Shown: piece after piece, positions 1 through 9,444 of the stretch
Numbering within the stretch: the first letter of the stretch is position 1
How the letters are laid out: every line of letters starts with the position of its first letter
Assembly: GCA_964344565.1 (NCBI GenBank)
Contig: CAYFNT010000020.1
Span: 3,881 to 67,880 of the forward strand
Length of the DNA stretch: 64,000 bases
Source: an uncultured bacterium
GTDB taxonomy: Bacteria; Krumholzibacteriota; Krumholzibacteriia; JACNKJ01
Direction of reading: 5' to 3'
The notes under the pieces: model-generated
Database searches by the model: none
Told to the model about the DNA's origin: nothing
Seen by the model: only the letters and a program-made list of their open reading frames with translations
Translations under genes and position numbers: made by a program

Positions 1-418
1 TGGGCACGGCGTTGGGGCCGAATGTGTTGTAGCTCATGAGGAACCAGCCCATGGGCGAGATGAAGGTCGCGCGGTCGCCGCGGTCATCCTCGAAAGGCGC
101 GTCCATCTGAGCCTTGAGGTAGTCCTTCACGGACTGATCCACTTCGGGATCGATGAGGATGCTCTGGAAGACCCAGGTGCCATCCTTGTATTTCTTGTCG
201 TAGTCGGAGGCCACGAAGAAGCGGTCGTCCACTCTTTCGGGCTCGAAGGCGAAGTAGGCCTTGTTGAGCGCGGCTTCGCTGGGGCTGATCAGGCCCTCGG
301 CGACGGCGGCTTCGAGATTCTGGAAGGTCCGAGGCTGCAGATCGTTGTGGGCGAGGGCCGGCAGGGCCAACGCGAGGACGAGCATGCCCAGGACGAGACG
401 CGGTAGCGTGAGACGCAT
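1..418 (-). CDS. Secreted protein, N-terminal part only (runs off window start)
   Basis: ATG at 418 preceded by AGGGGG; translates MRLTLPRLVLGMLVLALALPALAHNDLQ (Sec signal) and stays open to position 1; not in ORF track because truncated. Confidence 0.7.
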   Translation of the reverse strand, partial: MRLTLPRLVLGMLVLALALPALAHNDLQPRTFQNLEAAVAEGLISPSEAALNKAYFAFEPERVDDRFFVASDYDKKYKDGTWVFQSILIDPEVDQSVKDYLKAQMDAPFEDDRGDRATFISPMGWFLMSYNTFGPNAVP

Positions 419-524
419 GAGTATCCCCCTTCGGGATTTGGCAGTCCTGTACGGGAAGGGACGACTCGGGTATGGGCCCAGGTCGTCCCTGACCGGCTAA
501 TTTTAACGGAAACCGGGGAAAAAT

Positions 525-1631
525 TCAATTGCGGACAGGCCCCCGGCCCTTGAATCTCGGGGCGTAGCGCTTGTGCACGCGTTCCAGATCGCGGATCAGT
601 TTTTCCTTTCTGACCGGATCGGGCCCCGTGAGGGAGAGTGCTTCCATCAGTTGAAGCATCTGGCGCGTATCGGAAAGCGAAACGGCCTCGGCCGCCGCGC
701 CCTTCTTGCCCATGTTGTGATAGTTGTCCAGGGCGATGGCCAAAGCTCCCGTGGTCCATCCCGCGAGCTGGAAGAGCGTGGCCTCGCACCAGCCACCCGG
801 CATGAGGGCGCGCTGATACTTGAATTTCTTGTCCTGTTTCGTAAGCGCCTCGGCGGTGTCGCTGAGCCAGAGGGTCATGCCGTCGTCGAACACACTCATG
901 CGGTCGCCCACGCGGATCACCGGTCCCAGGCCGATCTCGAAGGAGGGCAACTCGCGACTGGTCTCCATGACGATCACGGGCAGCTTCTTGGGCAACAGCT
1001 TACCCTTCACCGCTTCCATGGCGCCCGCGAACCCGACCTCCTCGCCCACGGTGAAGAGACCGTAGACGTGGGCCTTCTTCTTCTTCGCGGCGAGCTCGTC
1101 GAGGAGCGCGCAGATGAGCGCGGCGCTGACCAGGTTGTCCAGGGCCTTGGAGCGGATGCGACCCCGGCTGATCGACAGGGGCACCAGATCGAACCAGCCG
1201 AACTGTCCCGGCGCGAGGGGCTCGTCGCTGTTCACGCGAAGCACCGTGTCTTCCTTGCGGCGGTCCTTGGCCATCTTCACGGAAGTGGTCTGGGCCTTGA
1301 TGCGTTTTCCGCCGGTCTCGAAGACCAGGCGGCTGCCTCTAAGGGTCTTCTCGTCCACGCCGCCGAGCAGGCGCACCTTGGCCCTGCGCCCTCGGCTCTC
1401 CATGACCTCGAAACCCGGATGATCCATGTGGCAGGTGAAGGCCACGGGGCGGCTCCTGCGTCCGGGATTCTTGTACTCCAGCAGCAGGTTGCCGGCCCGG
1501 TCCTCCTTGATGCCCAGGCCGCGCTCCTCGGCTAGCCTGCGCACGCGGGCGCGGACGGCGTCCTCGTGGAAGGGAGCGGTGGGGAGGGGCAGAATCTCGC
1601 GGAGCCAGAATTCCAGGTGCTTCGGGGACAT
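525..1631 (-). CDS. M20/M28/M42-clan metallopeptidase
   Basis: HMDH, KALDN, GEEVG and YHN metal-ligand motifs; AAGGAG RBS before ATG 1631. Confidence 0.8.
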   Translation of the reverse strand: MSPKHLEFWLREILPLPTAPFHEDAVRARVRRLAEERGLGIKEDRAGNLLLEYKNPGRRSRPVAFTCHMDHPGFEVMESRGRRAKVRLLGGVDEKTLRGSRLVFETGGKRIKAQTTSVKMAKDRRKEDTVLRVNSDEPLAPGQFGWFDLVPLSISRGRIRSKALDNLVSAALICALLDELAAKKKKAHVYGLFTVGEEVGFAGAMEAVKGKLLPKKLPVIVMETSRELPSFEIGLGPVIRVGDRMSVFDDGMTLWLSDTAEALTKQDKKFKYQRALMPGGWCEATLFQLAGWTTGALAIALDNYHNMGKKGAAAEAVSLSDTRQMLQLMEALSLTGPDPVRKEKLIRDLERVHKRYAPRFKGRGPVRN

Positions 1632-1643
1632 GGGCACTCCTTA

Positions 1644-1712
1644 AGTCTCCAGTCTCGAGTCTCCAGTCTCGAATCTCCGGCTGGGGACTGGTGACTGGAG
1701 ACTGGTGACCCA
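1644..1712. repeat. Heptamer tandem repeats arranged as an imperfect inverted pair
   Basis: agtctcc/agtctcg units x5, then gactggt/gactgga units; right arm nearly identical to 20827-20855. Confidence 0.8.
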
Positions 1713-1729
1713 AACTAGCTCCTTCACCC

Positions 1730-1758
1730 TTGAAAGTCACGCCGTTCCTTACTAATAT
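1730..1758 (+). promoter_or_regulatory. Putative sigma70 promoter of pyr operon
   Basis: TTGAAA-17 nt-TAATAT just upstream of the PyrR leader. Confidence 0.55.
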
Positions 1759-1789
1759 GGGTCCAGCCGGGAGCACCCGGCCCTTCACA

Positions 1790-1820
1790 CCTTTAAATCG
1801 ATCCCGCGAGGTCGAAAAGG
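1790..1820 (+). promoter_or_regulatory. PyrR-binding RNA element (attenuator leader)
   Basis: CCTTTAAATCGATCCCGCGAGGTCGAAAAGG resembles the PyrR loop (CUUUAA...ARUCCNGNGAGGYU...AAGG), directly upstream of pyrR. Confidence 0.85.
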
Positions 1821-1849
1821 GAGGGACATGCAAAGCGCCGAAAGAGAAA

Positions 1850-1879
1850 CCCAGTCCAAAAGGACTCGGGCTTTTTTTT
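1850..1879 (+). terminator. Attenuator terminator of pyr leader
   Basis: cccagtcc-aaaa-ggactcggg hairpin (one bulge) followed by C and T8. Confidence 0.8.
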
Positions 1880-1928
1880 GCCCTGATGCGGCGCCGTCCC
1901 TCCCCCTGACGCGGGCGGGGGAGGCCTG

Positions 1929-2498
1929 ATGTCCACCGAGATCCTCAAGAAATTCACCCAGAAGGCCGTGCTCATGAGCCCCGAGAAGATGGATCGGGCC
2001 CTCAAACGCATGAGCCACGAGATTCTCGAGCGCCACGAGAGCGCCGAGAACCTGGTCATCTTGGGCATCCGCCGGCGGGGCATTCCCATCGCCGAGCGCA
2101 TGGCCCGCTACCTGGCCGTCATCGAGGGCGGCGCCGAGATACCCACCGGCAGCATCGACATCGCCTTCTACCGCGACGATCTGGCGCAGATCGGTCCCCA
2201 GCCCCGAGTGGGCGAGACCATCATCCCCGGCGACATCGCGGGCAAGCACGTGATCCTCACCGACGACGTGCTCTTCACCGGCCGCACCGTGCGCAGCGCC
2301 ATGGACGCCATCATGGACTTCGGTCGCCCGGCCTCCATCCAGCTCGCGGTGCTCATCGACCGCGGCCATCGCGAACTACCCATCCGCGCCGACTACGTGG
2401 GCAAGAACGTGCCCACCAGCGGACGCGAAGTCGTCAAAGTGAAACTGACCGAAATCGACGAGGCGGAAATCGTCCTGCTTGGGGAGATGAGCGAATGA
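1929..2498 (+). CDS. pyrR: Bifunctional pyr operon regulator/uracil phosphoribosyltransferase
   Basis: FYRDDL, DDVLFTGRTVR, DRGHRELPIRADYVGKN. Confidence 0.97.
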   Translation: MSTEILKKFTQKAVLMSPEKMDRALKRMSHEILERHESAENLVILGIRRRGIPIAERMARYLAVIEGGAEIPTGSIDIAFYRDDLAQIGPQPRVGETIIPGDIAGKHVILTDDVLFTGRTVRSAMDAIMDFGRPASIQLAVLIDRGHRELPIRADYVGKNVPTSGREVVKVKLTEIDEAEIVLLGEMSE

Positions 2499-3475
2499 GC
2501 TTTGACCGAATGCATCTGCTCGATCTGGAAAGCCTCAGCCGCGATGAGATCCTGCACATCCTCGACACGGCCGAAAGCTTCCGAGAGATCAGCGAGCGCG
2601 AGATCAAGAAGGTGCCCACCCTCCGTGGCTTCACCGTGGTCAACCTCTTCTTCGAGGACAGCACGCGCACGCGCATCAGTTTCGAACTGGCCGAGAAGCG
2701 CCTCAGCGCCGACGTGGTGAACTTCAGCAAGTCCACGAGCAGCGTGAAGAAGGGCGAGAGCCTGCTGGACACGGTGGAGAACCTGCTGGCCATGAAGATG
2801 GACATCATCGTCATGCGCCACGGCGCCAGCGGCGCGCCCCACTACCTCGCCGAGCGCGTGCCGGCCAGCGTGATCAACGCGGGCGACGGCAAGCACGAGC
2901 ATCCCACCCAGGGCCTGCTCGACATGCTCACCATGCGCCACCACCTGGGCGACCTGGCGGGCCGCAAGGTGGTCATCGTGGGGGACATCCTCCACAGCCG
3001 CGTGGCGAGGAGCAACATCCACGGCCTCACCAAGCTGGGCGCCGAGGTGGTGCTCAGCGGACCGCCCACCTTCATGCCGCCCAAGCCCGAGAGCCTGGGC
3101 GTGAGCGTGGACTACGACATCGGCCGCGCGCTCAAGGGCGCCCACGTGGTCAACGTGCTGCGCGTGCAGAAGGAGCGCCAGGAGGGCGGGCTCATGCCGA
3201 GCATGCGCGCCTACGCCCGCGACTGGCAGGTGGGTCTGCAGCATCTCGAACTGCTGGCCGAGGGCGGCATCGTGATGCACCCGGGCCCCATGAACCGCGG
3301 CGTGGAGATCGCGCAGGAAGTGGCCGACGGCCCCCGCTCGGTGATCCTCGAGCAGGTCACCAACGGACTCGCGGTGCGCATGGCGGTACTCTACCTGCTC
3401 AGCGAGGCCCGCAAGAAACTCGAGCGCGGACAGAGCGAAGAGAAATCCCTGGAGAAGAGCGAGGTCCTGGCGTGA
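2495..3475 (+). CDS. pyrB: Aspartate carbamoyltransferase catalytic subunit
   Basis: FFEDSTRTRISFE, HPTQGLLD, HPGPMNRG. Confidence 0.97.
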   Translation: MSFDRMHLLDLESLSRDEILHILDTAESFREISEREIKKVPTLRGFTVVNLFFEDSTRTRISFELAEKRLSADVVNFSKSTSSVKKGESLLDTVENLLAMKMDIIVMRHGASGAPHYLAERVPASVINAGDGKHEHPTQGLLDMLTMRHHLGDLAGRKVVIVGDILHSRVARSNIHGLTKLGAEVVLSGPPTFMPPKPESLGVSVDYDIGRALKGAHVVNVLRVQKERQEGGLMPSMRAYARDWQVGLQHLELLAEGGIVMHPGPMNRGVEIAQEVADGPRSVILEQVTNGLAVRMAVLYLLSEARKKLERGQSEEKSLEKSEVLA

Positions 3476-4839
3476 AGGATTGGAACGAGATCTGCGAGAA
3501 CGGCGGCTTCTGGCTCGCGAACGTGAAGGTCGTCGATCCCGAGGCGGGACGCCTTTTCGAAGGCGCGGTCAGGATCGAGGACGGCAAGATCGCCGAGATC
3601 AGCGAGAGCGGCGCCGGCGAAGGCAGGGTCATCGACGGCGAGGGCCTGCACCTGGCCCCTGGACTCATCGACCTGCACGTGCATCTGCGCGAGCCGGGCT
3701 TCGAGGAGAAGGAAACGGTTCAGACCGGCGCCATGGCCGCCGCCCGCGGAGGCGTGACCACCATGTGCTCCATGCCCAACACCAACCCCATCTGCGACGA
3801 CGGATCCAAGGTGGCCTTCGTCCGCGCCCGCGCGCGGCAGGCCGGACTCTGCCGGGTGCTGCCCGTGGGAGCCATCACCCGCGGCGCCGACGGCAAGCAG
3901 CTCGCCGACCTGGGCGAGATGCACGACGAGGGCGCCATCGCCTTCAGCGACGACGGCTGGCCCGTGGAGGACGCCGGCCTCATGCGCAAGGCCATGGACC
4001 TGAGCCGCGCCTGGGATCTGCTCATCATGAGCCACTCCGAAGAGGCGAGCCTCAGCAAGGGCGGACAGATGCACGAGGGCTCGGTCTCGGCCAAGCTGGG
4101 ACTGGAGGGCATCCCCCGCGAGAGCGAGGAGATCGCCGTGGAGCGCGAGGTGCGCCTGGCCAAGATGACCGGAGCGAGGCTCCACATCTGCCACGTGAGC
4201 AGCGGCGGCAGCGTGGAGATCATCCGCCGGGCGAAGGCCGAGGGCCTGCGCGTGACCGGCGAGACGACGCCCCACTATCTTCTTCTGGACCACGGCGACG
4301 TGACGACCTATGACTCCCACAAGAAGATGAATCCGCCCCTGCGCGAGAAGAGCGATCAGGAGGCTCTGGTGGCAGGGCTCCTCGACGGGACCCTGGACGC
4401 CGTGGCCACCGACCACGCTCCCCACACCGAGATCGAGAAGAATGTCGAGTTTGCCTACGCGCCCTTCGGCGTGACGGGCCTGGAGACCAGCCTGTCGGCG
4501 GTGATCACCCGCCTGGTGGAGCCCGGGCTCATCGACCTGCCCGCCGCGGTGGCGCTCATGACCTCGAAGCCCGCGGGCGTCATCGGCGTGGAGCAGGGAC
4601 GCATGACTGTCGGCGCGCCGGCGGATCTGGTACTCTTCGATCCCGCCGAACGCTGGACCGTCCGCGGTGAGGAGACCGCCTCGCGCTCGGACAACACGCC
4701 CTTCGAGGGCATGCAGCTCACGGGCCGCGTGCGGGCCACCTTCCTGGCCGGCCGCCCCGTGTTCCGCCGCTACGAAGAGGATGGAGAAAGCCATGAGAGC
4801 TTCACTCCGAACCTGGCCAAGGAAGCCGCGATCGCGTAG
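3472..4839 (+). CDS. pyrC: Dihydroorotase
   Basis: DLHVHLREPG, KMNPPLR, ATDHAPH; operon context. Confidence 0.95.
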   Translation: MKDWNEICENGGFWLANVKVVDPEAGRLFEGAVRIEDGKIAEISESGAGEGRVIDGEGLHLAPGLIDLHVHLREPGFEEKETVQTGAMAAARGGVTTMCSMPNTNPICDDGSKVAFVRARARQAGLCRVLPVGAITRGADGKQLADLGEMHDEGAIAFSDDGWPVEDAGLMRKAMDLSRAWDLLIMSHSEEASLSKGGQMHEGSVSAKLGLEGIPRESEEIAVEREVRLAKMTGARLHICHVSSGGSVEIIRRAKAEGLRVTGETTPHYLLLDHGDVTTYDSHKKMNPPLREKSDQEALVAGLLDGTLDAVATDHAPHTEIEKNVEFAYAPFGVTGLETSLSAVITRLVEPGLIDLPAAVALMTSKPAGVIGVEQGRMTVGAPADLVLFDPAERWTVRGEETASRSDNTPFEGMQLTGRVRATFLAGRPVFRRYEEDGESHESFTPNLAKEAAIA

Positions 4840-4849
4840 CTCCAGGTTC

Positions 4850-6238
4850 ATGTTCTCAGTCCAAGTTCCGAGAGCGCGCCAATGGTTGGCGCTGCTATCG
4901 TTGATGCTGCTCGTCGGCGCGCTCACGGACTGCGCGTATTTCAATACCTACACCAACGCGAAGAAGGCCTGTCGCGAGGCGGAAAACATGCCCCTGGACT
5001 CCCAGGGCAAGCTCTCGCCCCAGGCCCGTCGCAGCTACGACGTCTGCGTCACCAAGTGCCAGAAGCTCCTGGATGAGTTTCCCGACAGCAAGTGGGTGGA
5101 CGACGCGCTATTCCTCATGAGCAAGTCCTACTTCCGCAGGCAGGAGTATGGACGCTGCCTCTCTCGCCTGGACGAGTTGAACGATCGCTTCCCCGATCAT
5201 CCCTTCGAGGAGGAGGCCCTCTTCCTGCGCGGAGTGGCGCATCTCGAACGGGAAGAGGAGAGCCGAGCCATCGCGGTGCTGGCGAAACTGGCGGAGAACT
5301 ACCCCGAATCGGAGCACCTCGCCGAGGCCATCTACCGCAGCGCCGAGGCCGAGTATCAGCTGGGCAACTGGGACGGGGCCCTCGAGGGCTTCGCGTCCCT
5401 GCTCGACCGTTTCGAGCGCAGCGATTGGAACGACGAGGCCCGGCTCAAGCGCGGGCGCATCCACGTGGACCGCGAGGACTACGAGAGCGCCGTGAGCGAA
5501 TTCGAGATGCTTTCGCAGACCGCCCGCAAGCGCGGCCTGGCCTTCGACGGACAGATGCAGATGGTGGAGTCGCTGCTCGAACTGCGTCGTCTGGATGAAG
5601 CTCACGAAGAGCTCGACGACATGGAGCCCGTGGCCGAGAACTTCCAGAAGCGCGCGCAGGTGCTGCTGCTTCGGGCCCTGGCCTACGAGAAGGAGCAGCG
5701 CCTGGACGAGGCCCTGCTGCTCCTCGAGGACGTGGCCGCCGAGTTCAAGAACCAGGCCTTCGCCGCCGAGGCCTGGTATCGCATCGGCCTGATCCGGCAG
5801 ATCCACCAGGACGATCCAGACGGCGCGCTGGAGGCCTTCGGCAAGGCGGTCACCGAAGGCGGTCGCGGCGTCTACCGCGATCTGGCCAGCGATCGGAAAC
5901 AGGTTCTGGAAGACTTCATGCTGGCCCAGGAGAGCGCCAGCAGCGCCGAGGGCGACAGTTCCCTGGCCGAGGCCCAGTTCCGTCTCGCGGAGAACCAGTT
6001 CCTGAGCCTCGAAGATCCGGAAGCCGCCCTGGAGGTCTACGGCAGCGTGCTCGCGGATTATCCCGAAAGCGATTGGGCGCCTCGGGCGGCCTACGCGCTC
6101 TGTTACATCCACCGATACAGTCTGGCCGACACCAGCGCCGCCCTGGCCGCCGCCACGCGCCTGCTGGCCGACTATCCCGACAGCGATGCGGCGAAGTGGG
6201 TCGTGAACTGGTCCTCGGAACTGGGAGGAAGGCCTTGA
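4850..6238 (+). CDS. TPR-repeat (lipo)protein, BamD/PorW(SprE)-like
   Basis: Hydrophobic leader then CAYFNTYTNA; repeated FPDSKWVDDA/YPESEHLAEA/YPESDWAPRA TPR motifs; start moved to ATG 4850. Confidence 0.75.
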   Translation: MFSVQVPRARQWLALLSLMLLVGALTDCAYFNTYTNAKKACREAENMPLDSQGKLSPQARRSYDVCVTKCQKLLDEFPDSKWVDDALFLMSKSYFRRQEYGRCLSRLDELNDRFPDHPFEEEALFLRGVAHLEREEESRAIAVLAKLAENYPESEHLAEAIYRSAEAEYQLGNWDGALEGFASLLDRFERSDWNDEARLKRGRIHVDREDYESAVSEFEMLSQTARKRGLAFDGQMQMVESLLELRRLDEAHEELDDMEPVAENFQKRAQVLLLRALAYEKEQRLDEALLLLEDVAAEFKNQAFAAEAWYRIGLIRQIHQDDPDGALEAFGKAVTEGGRGVYRDLASDRKQVLEDFMLAQESASSAEGDSSLAEAQFRLAENQFLSLEDPEAALEVYGSVLADYPESDWAPRAAYALCYIHRYSLADTSAALAAATRLLADYPDSDAAKWVVNWSSELGGRP

Positions 6239-7065
6239 GCGCAGATCTCTCCGCGGCCTACGCAGGTGGCCGCGTGCTTTCGGTCCGGCGCGACGGCCTC
6301 TATCATCATCTTTCCATCGATGCGCCCGGCCTCGTGATCTCCGAGCCCGGCGCATTTTTCATGATCGGTCTCGGCGAGGCCGATGCGCCGCCGGTCGATC
6401 CCCTGCTCATGCGCCCCATGAGCGTGCTGGATCACGAGGGCGGTCGATTGGATATCCTCTTCAAGAAGGTGGGGCGCGGCACCGAGCTGCTGGCCGCCGC
6501 CGAAGAGGGCGAGGCGATTCGCCTTTTGGGTCCCCTGGGCAAGACTTTCACCTGTGCGGCCGATCCCTCGCCGGTGCTCGTGGGAGGCGGTGCCGGCGTG
6601 CCGCCCCTCTGTTTCCTCTCGCGGCGACTCAGCGCGGAGGGCATCGACCATCGAGTACTCTTCGGCTTCAATACTGCCGCCGACATTCCCCGCGCCGCGC
6701 TCTCGAAGCTCGCGGTCGACGCCGAGCTCTTTACTATGGACGGCAGCGCGGGCGAAAAAGGTCATCCCGTGGCCGCGCTGGAAGGCGAAAGGCCCGACGG
6801 GCGCATCCAGGCCTGCGGTCCCCACGCCATGCTCGATGCGTTGAAGAAGGTACGCCGATCGGGCGAGCCCATGGAACTGAGCCTCGAGGAGCGTATGGCC
6901 TGCGGCATGGGCTTCTGTCGCGGATGCGTGACGCCGGTGAAGGACGGCGCGGACTGGCGCTACGCCACGGTCTGCCGCCAGGGACCCGTCTTCGACGCCG
7001 ACCAGCTCGCGGAAGTGAACGCGGCCGGCGAGGTCTGCCTCACGGGGGAGGACGCCCATGGCTGA
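6235..7065 (+). CDS. pyrK: Dihydroorotate dehydrogenase electron transfer subunit
   Basis: LMRPMS, GPLGK, VGGGAGVPPL, ACGP, EERMACGMGFCRGC...VC [2Fe-2S] motif; TTG start overlapping upstream stop. Confidence 0.92.
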   Translation: MSADLSAAYAGGRVLSVRRDGLYHHLSIDAPGLVISEPGAFFMIGLGEADAPPVDPLLMRPMSVLDHEGGRLDILFKKVGRGTELLAAAEEGEAIRLLGPLGKTFTCAADPSPVLVGGGAGVPPLCFLSRRLSAEGIDHRVLFGFNTAADIPRAALSKLAVDAELFTMDGSAGEKGHPVAALEGERPDGRIQACGPHAMLDALKKVRRSGEPMELSLEERMACGMGFCRGCVTPVKDGADWRYATVCRQGPVFDADQLAEVNAAGEVCLTGEDAHG

Positions 7066-7975
7066 TCTGTCCGTCCACGCCGGCGGCCTCGCGCTCAAGA
7101 ATCCGCTGCTCGCCGCCTCGGGATGCTTCGGCTACGGCCTCGAGGCCGATCCGGTGATTCCGCCCTCGCTCTTCGGCGGCATCGTCACCAAGACCATCAC
7201 CCCGGCGCCGCGGAAGGGCAATCCCGTGCCGCGTCTGGCCGAGACGCCCGCGGGCATGCTCAATTCCATCGGCTTGGAGAACGTGGGCCTCGAAGCCTTC
7301 ATCGCCGAGAAGCTGCCGGCCCTCGAGGGCGCGGACACGAAGATCGTGGTTTCGGTCTCGGCGGGTTCGGCCGCCGAGTTCGCCGAGATGGCGGCGCGGC
7401 TCGGGGAGCAACCGCGGGCGGACGCTCTGGAATTGAACCTGAGTTGTCCCAACGTGGCCGAGCACGGACGCAACTTCGCCACGGATCCCGCGGCCGTGCG
7501 CGAGATCGGTGAGGCCGTCCGGCCCGTATTTTCCCGGCCCGTCTGGATCAAGCTCAGCCCGAATGTCACCGACATCAGCGTGGTGGCCCGCGCGGCCAAC
7601 GACGCGGGAGCGGACGCCGTCACCGCCATCAACACGCTCCTGGGCATGGACATCGACCTCGCCACCGGACGCAGCCCCTTCGCCATGAACACGGCGGGGC
7701 TTTCGGGACCGGCCATCTTCCCCGTGGCCCTGGCCGCGGTGTGGCGCATCGCCAGGGGTGAGGACATTCCCACCATCGCGGTGGGGGGCGCGAGCGGCAC
7801 GAACGACGTTCTCAAGTTCATCGCCGCCGGCGCGGAGGCCGTGCAGCTGGGCACGGTGCTCTTCTCCGATCCGGGATCGGCCGCACGCATCCTGGATGAA
7901 TTGATCGAGCATCTCGACTCGCGAGGGCTGGCCGACCTTGCCGCCCTGCGCGAAAGCTGGAAGGAGACGGCATGA
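7058..7975 (+). CDS. pyrD: Dihydroorotate dehydrogenase B catalytic subunit
   Basis: ASGCFGYG, MLNSIGLEN, ELNLSCPN, KLSPNVTD, GLSGPAI. Confidence 0.95.
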   Translation: MADLSVHAGGLALKNPLLAASGCFGYGLEADPVIPPSLFGGIVTKTITPAPRKGNPVPRLAETPAGMLNSIGLENVGLEAFIAEKLPALEGADTKIVVSVSAGSAAEFAEMAARLGEQPRADALELNLSCPNVAEHGRNFATDPAAVREIGEAVRPVFSRPVWIKLSPNVTDISVVARAANDAGADAVTAINTLLGMDIDLATGRSPFAMNTAGLSGPAIFPVALAAVWRIARGEDIPTIAVGGASGTNDVLKFIAAGAEAVQLGTVLFSDPGSAARILDELIEHLDSRGLADLAALRESWKETA

Positions 7976-8676
7976 GTGCCGCGTCCCGACTCTATGTGGC
8001 CCTCGACTTTCCCGACGGCAATGCCGCCCGCGCCATGGCTGAACAGCTTGCGCCTTTGGGTGTGGGACTCAAGCTCGGCTTGCAGCTGTTCACCGCGGAG
8101 GGACCGGAACTTGCGCGCGAACTGGCGACGAAATCCGATCTCTTCCTGGACCTCAAGTTCCACGACATCCCCAACACCGTGGCCGGCGCGGTCACGAGCG
8201 TGGCCGGGTTGGGGGCCGCCGTGACGAACATCCACCTGAGCGGCGGCGAAGCCATGTGTCGCGCGGCGGTCGAAGCCCGGGACGCGGCGGGCTCGAACAT
8301 GAAGCTCATCGGCGTCACCGTGCTCACCAGCCTGGGCGACGAGGATCTCGGCGAGGTCTGGGGCGCGAAGCTGGAGGCGAGCGAGAGCGCTCGGCGCTTG
8401 GCCGTGCTCGCGCGGATGTGGGGGCTGGACGGCGTGGTGGCCTCGGCCCGCGAGGCCGGCGCCATTCGCGAGGCCTGCGGCGAGGATTTCCTCATCGTCA
8501 CGCCGGGTATCCGGCCGGCGGGTGCGGAGGTGGGCGATCAGAAGCGAGTGCTCACCCCCGGCAAGGCATTGGCCGGCGGTTCCAGCCACCTGGTGGTGGG
8601 ACGTCCCGTGACGAAGGCCGAGGATCCCGCGGTCGCCTGCCGCGCCATTCTCGACGAAATGCAAGTGGCACCCTGA
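7972..8676 (+). CDS. pyrF: Orotidine-5'-phosphate decarboxylase
   Basis: FLDLKFHDIPNTV, VTPGIRP, VVGRPV. Confidence 0.97.
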   Translation: MSAASRLYVALDFPDGNAARAMAEQLAPLGVGLKLGLQLFTAEGPELARELATKSDLFLDLKFHDIPNTVAGAVTSVAGLGAAVTNIHLSGGEAMCRAAVEARDAAGSNMKLIGVTVLTSLGDEDLGEVWGAKLEASESARRLAVLARMWGLDGVVASAREAGAIREACGEDFLIVTPGIRPAGAEVGDQKRVLTPGKALAGGSSHLVVGRPVTKAEDPAVACRAILDEMQVAP

Positions 8677-8687
8677 AACGAGGAACC

Positions 8688-9260
8688 ATGAAGCGCGAAT
8701 TCCTGCTCGACGCCTTTCGCGAAACCGGCGGAATGCTCGAAGGACACTTCCAGCTCACCAGCGGATTGCACAGCGATCAATACTTCCAGTGCGCGCGGCT
8801 GCTGGCCCATCCGAAGCACGCGGCCGCCTGCGGCGAGGCCATCGCGGCGAAGATGCCCGCGGGCGCGACCCACGTGATCAGCCCGGCCATGGGTGGGCTG
8901 ATCATCGGGCACGAGGTCGCCCGCGCTCTCGGCGTGCCCTTCCTCTTCACCGAACGCGTGGACGGCGTCATGACCCTGCGCCGCTTCGATTTTCCCGAAG
9001 GCTGCCGCGCGGTCGTGGTCGAAGACGTGATCACCAGCGGCGGTTCGCTGCTCGAAGTGGCCGATCTGATCCGCGCCGCCGGCGGCGAGGTGCTGGCCTG
9101 CGCCACGGTGGTGGATCGCAGCGGCGACCGTGAGGTCGACTTCGGCGCGCCCTTCCATTCGCTGCTGAAGGTGGAAGTGAAGACCTGGGATCCGGCCGAC
9201 TGTCCGCTCTGCGCGGAAGGAGGACAGGCCGTGAAGCCGGGGAGCCGGCATCTGGGCTGA
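8688..9260 (+). CDS. pyrE: Orotate phosphoribosyltransferase
   Basis: GHFQLTSGLHSDQYFQC, VVEDVITSGGS, CPLC...KPGSR; GAGG RBS before ATG 8688. Confidence 0.95.
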   Translation: MKREFLLDAFRETGGMLEGHFQLTSGLHSDQYFQCARLLAHPKHAAACGEAIAAKMPAGATHVISPAMGGLIIGHEVARALGVPFLFTERVDGVMTLRRFDFPEGCRAVVVEDVITSGGSLLEVADLIRAAGGEVLACATVVDRSGDREVDFGAPFHSLLKVEVKTWDPADCPLCAEGGQAVKPGSRHLG

Positions 9261-9272
9261 ACCGGGGAAGTC

Positions 9273-9288
9273 GTCCACCCGGGTGGAC
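9273..9288. repeat. Perfect 16-bp palindrome GTCCACCCGGGTGGAC (copy 1)
   Basis: Read directly; identical copy at 10047-10062 inside the HNH gene. Confidence 0.95.
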
Positions 9289-9444
9289 TCTGGTTTTCGG
9301 CCGGCAAGAACCGTGCCGCCGATAGTGCTTAACTTGTTGAAATGATTATACTTAGCCCTTGATTTGCCAGGGATGTTTTGCTATATTGCTTCTACTCTCC
9401 CCGCTCTCTTCTCCTCCCGGAGACGCTAAAACCTGGAGTGGGAA

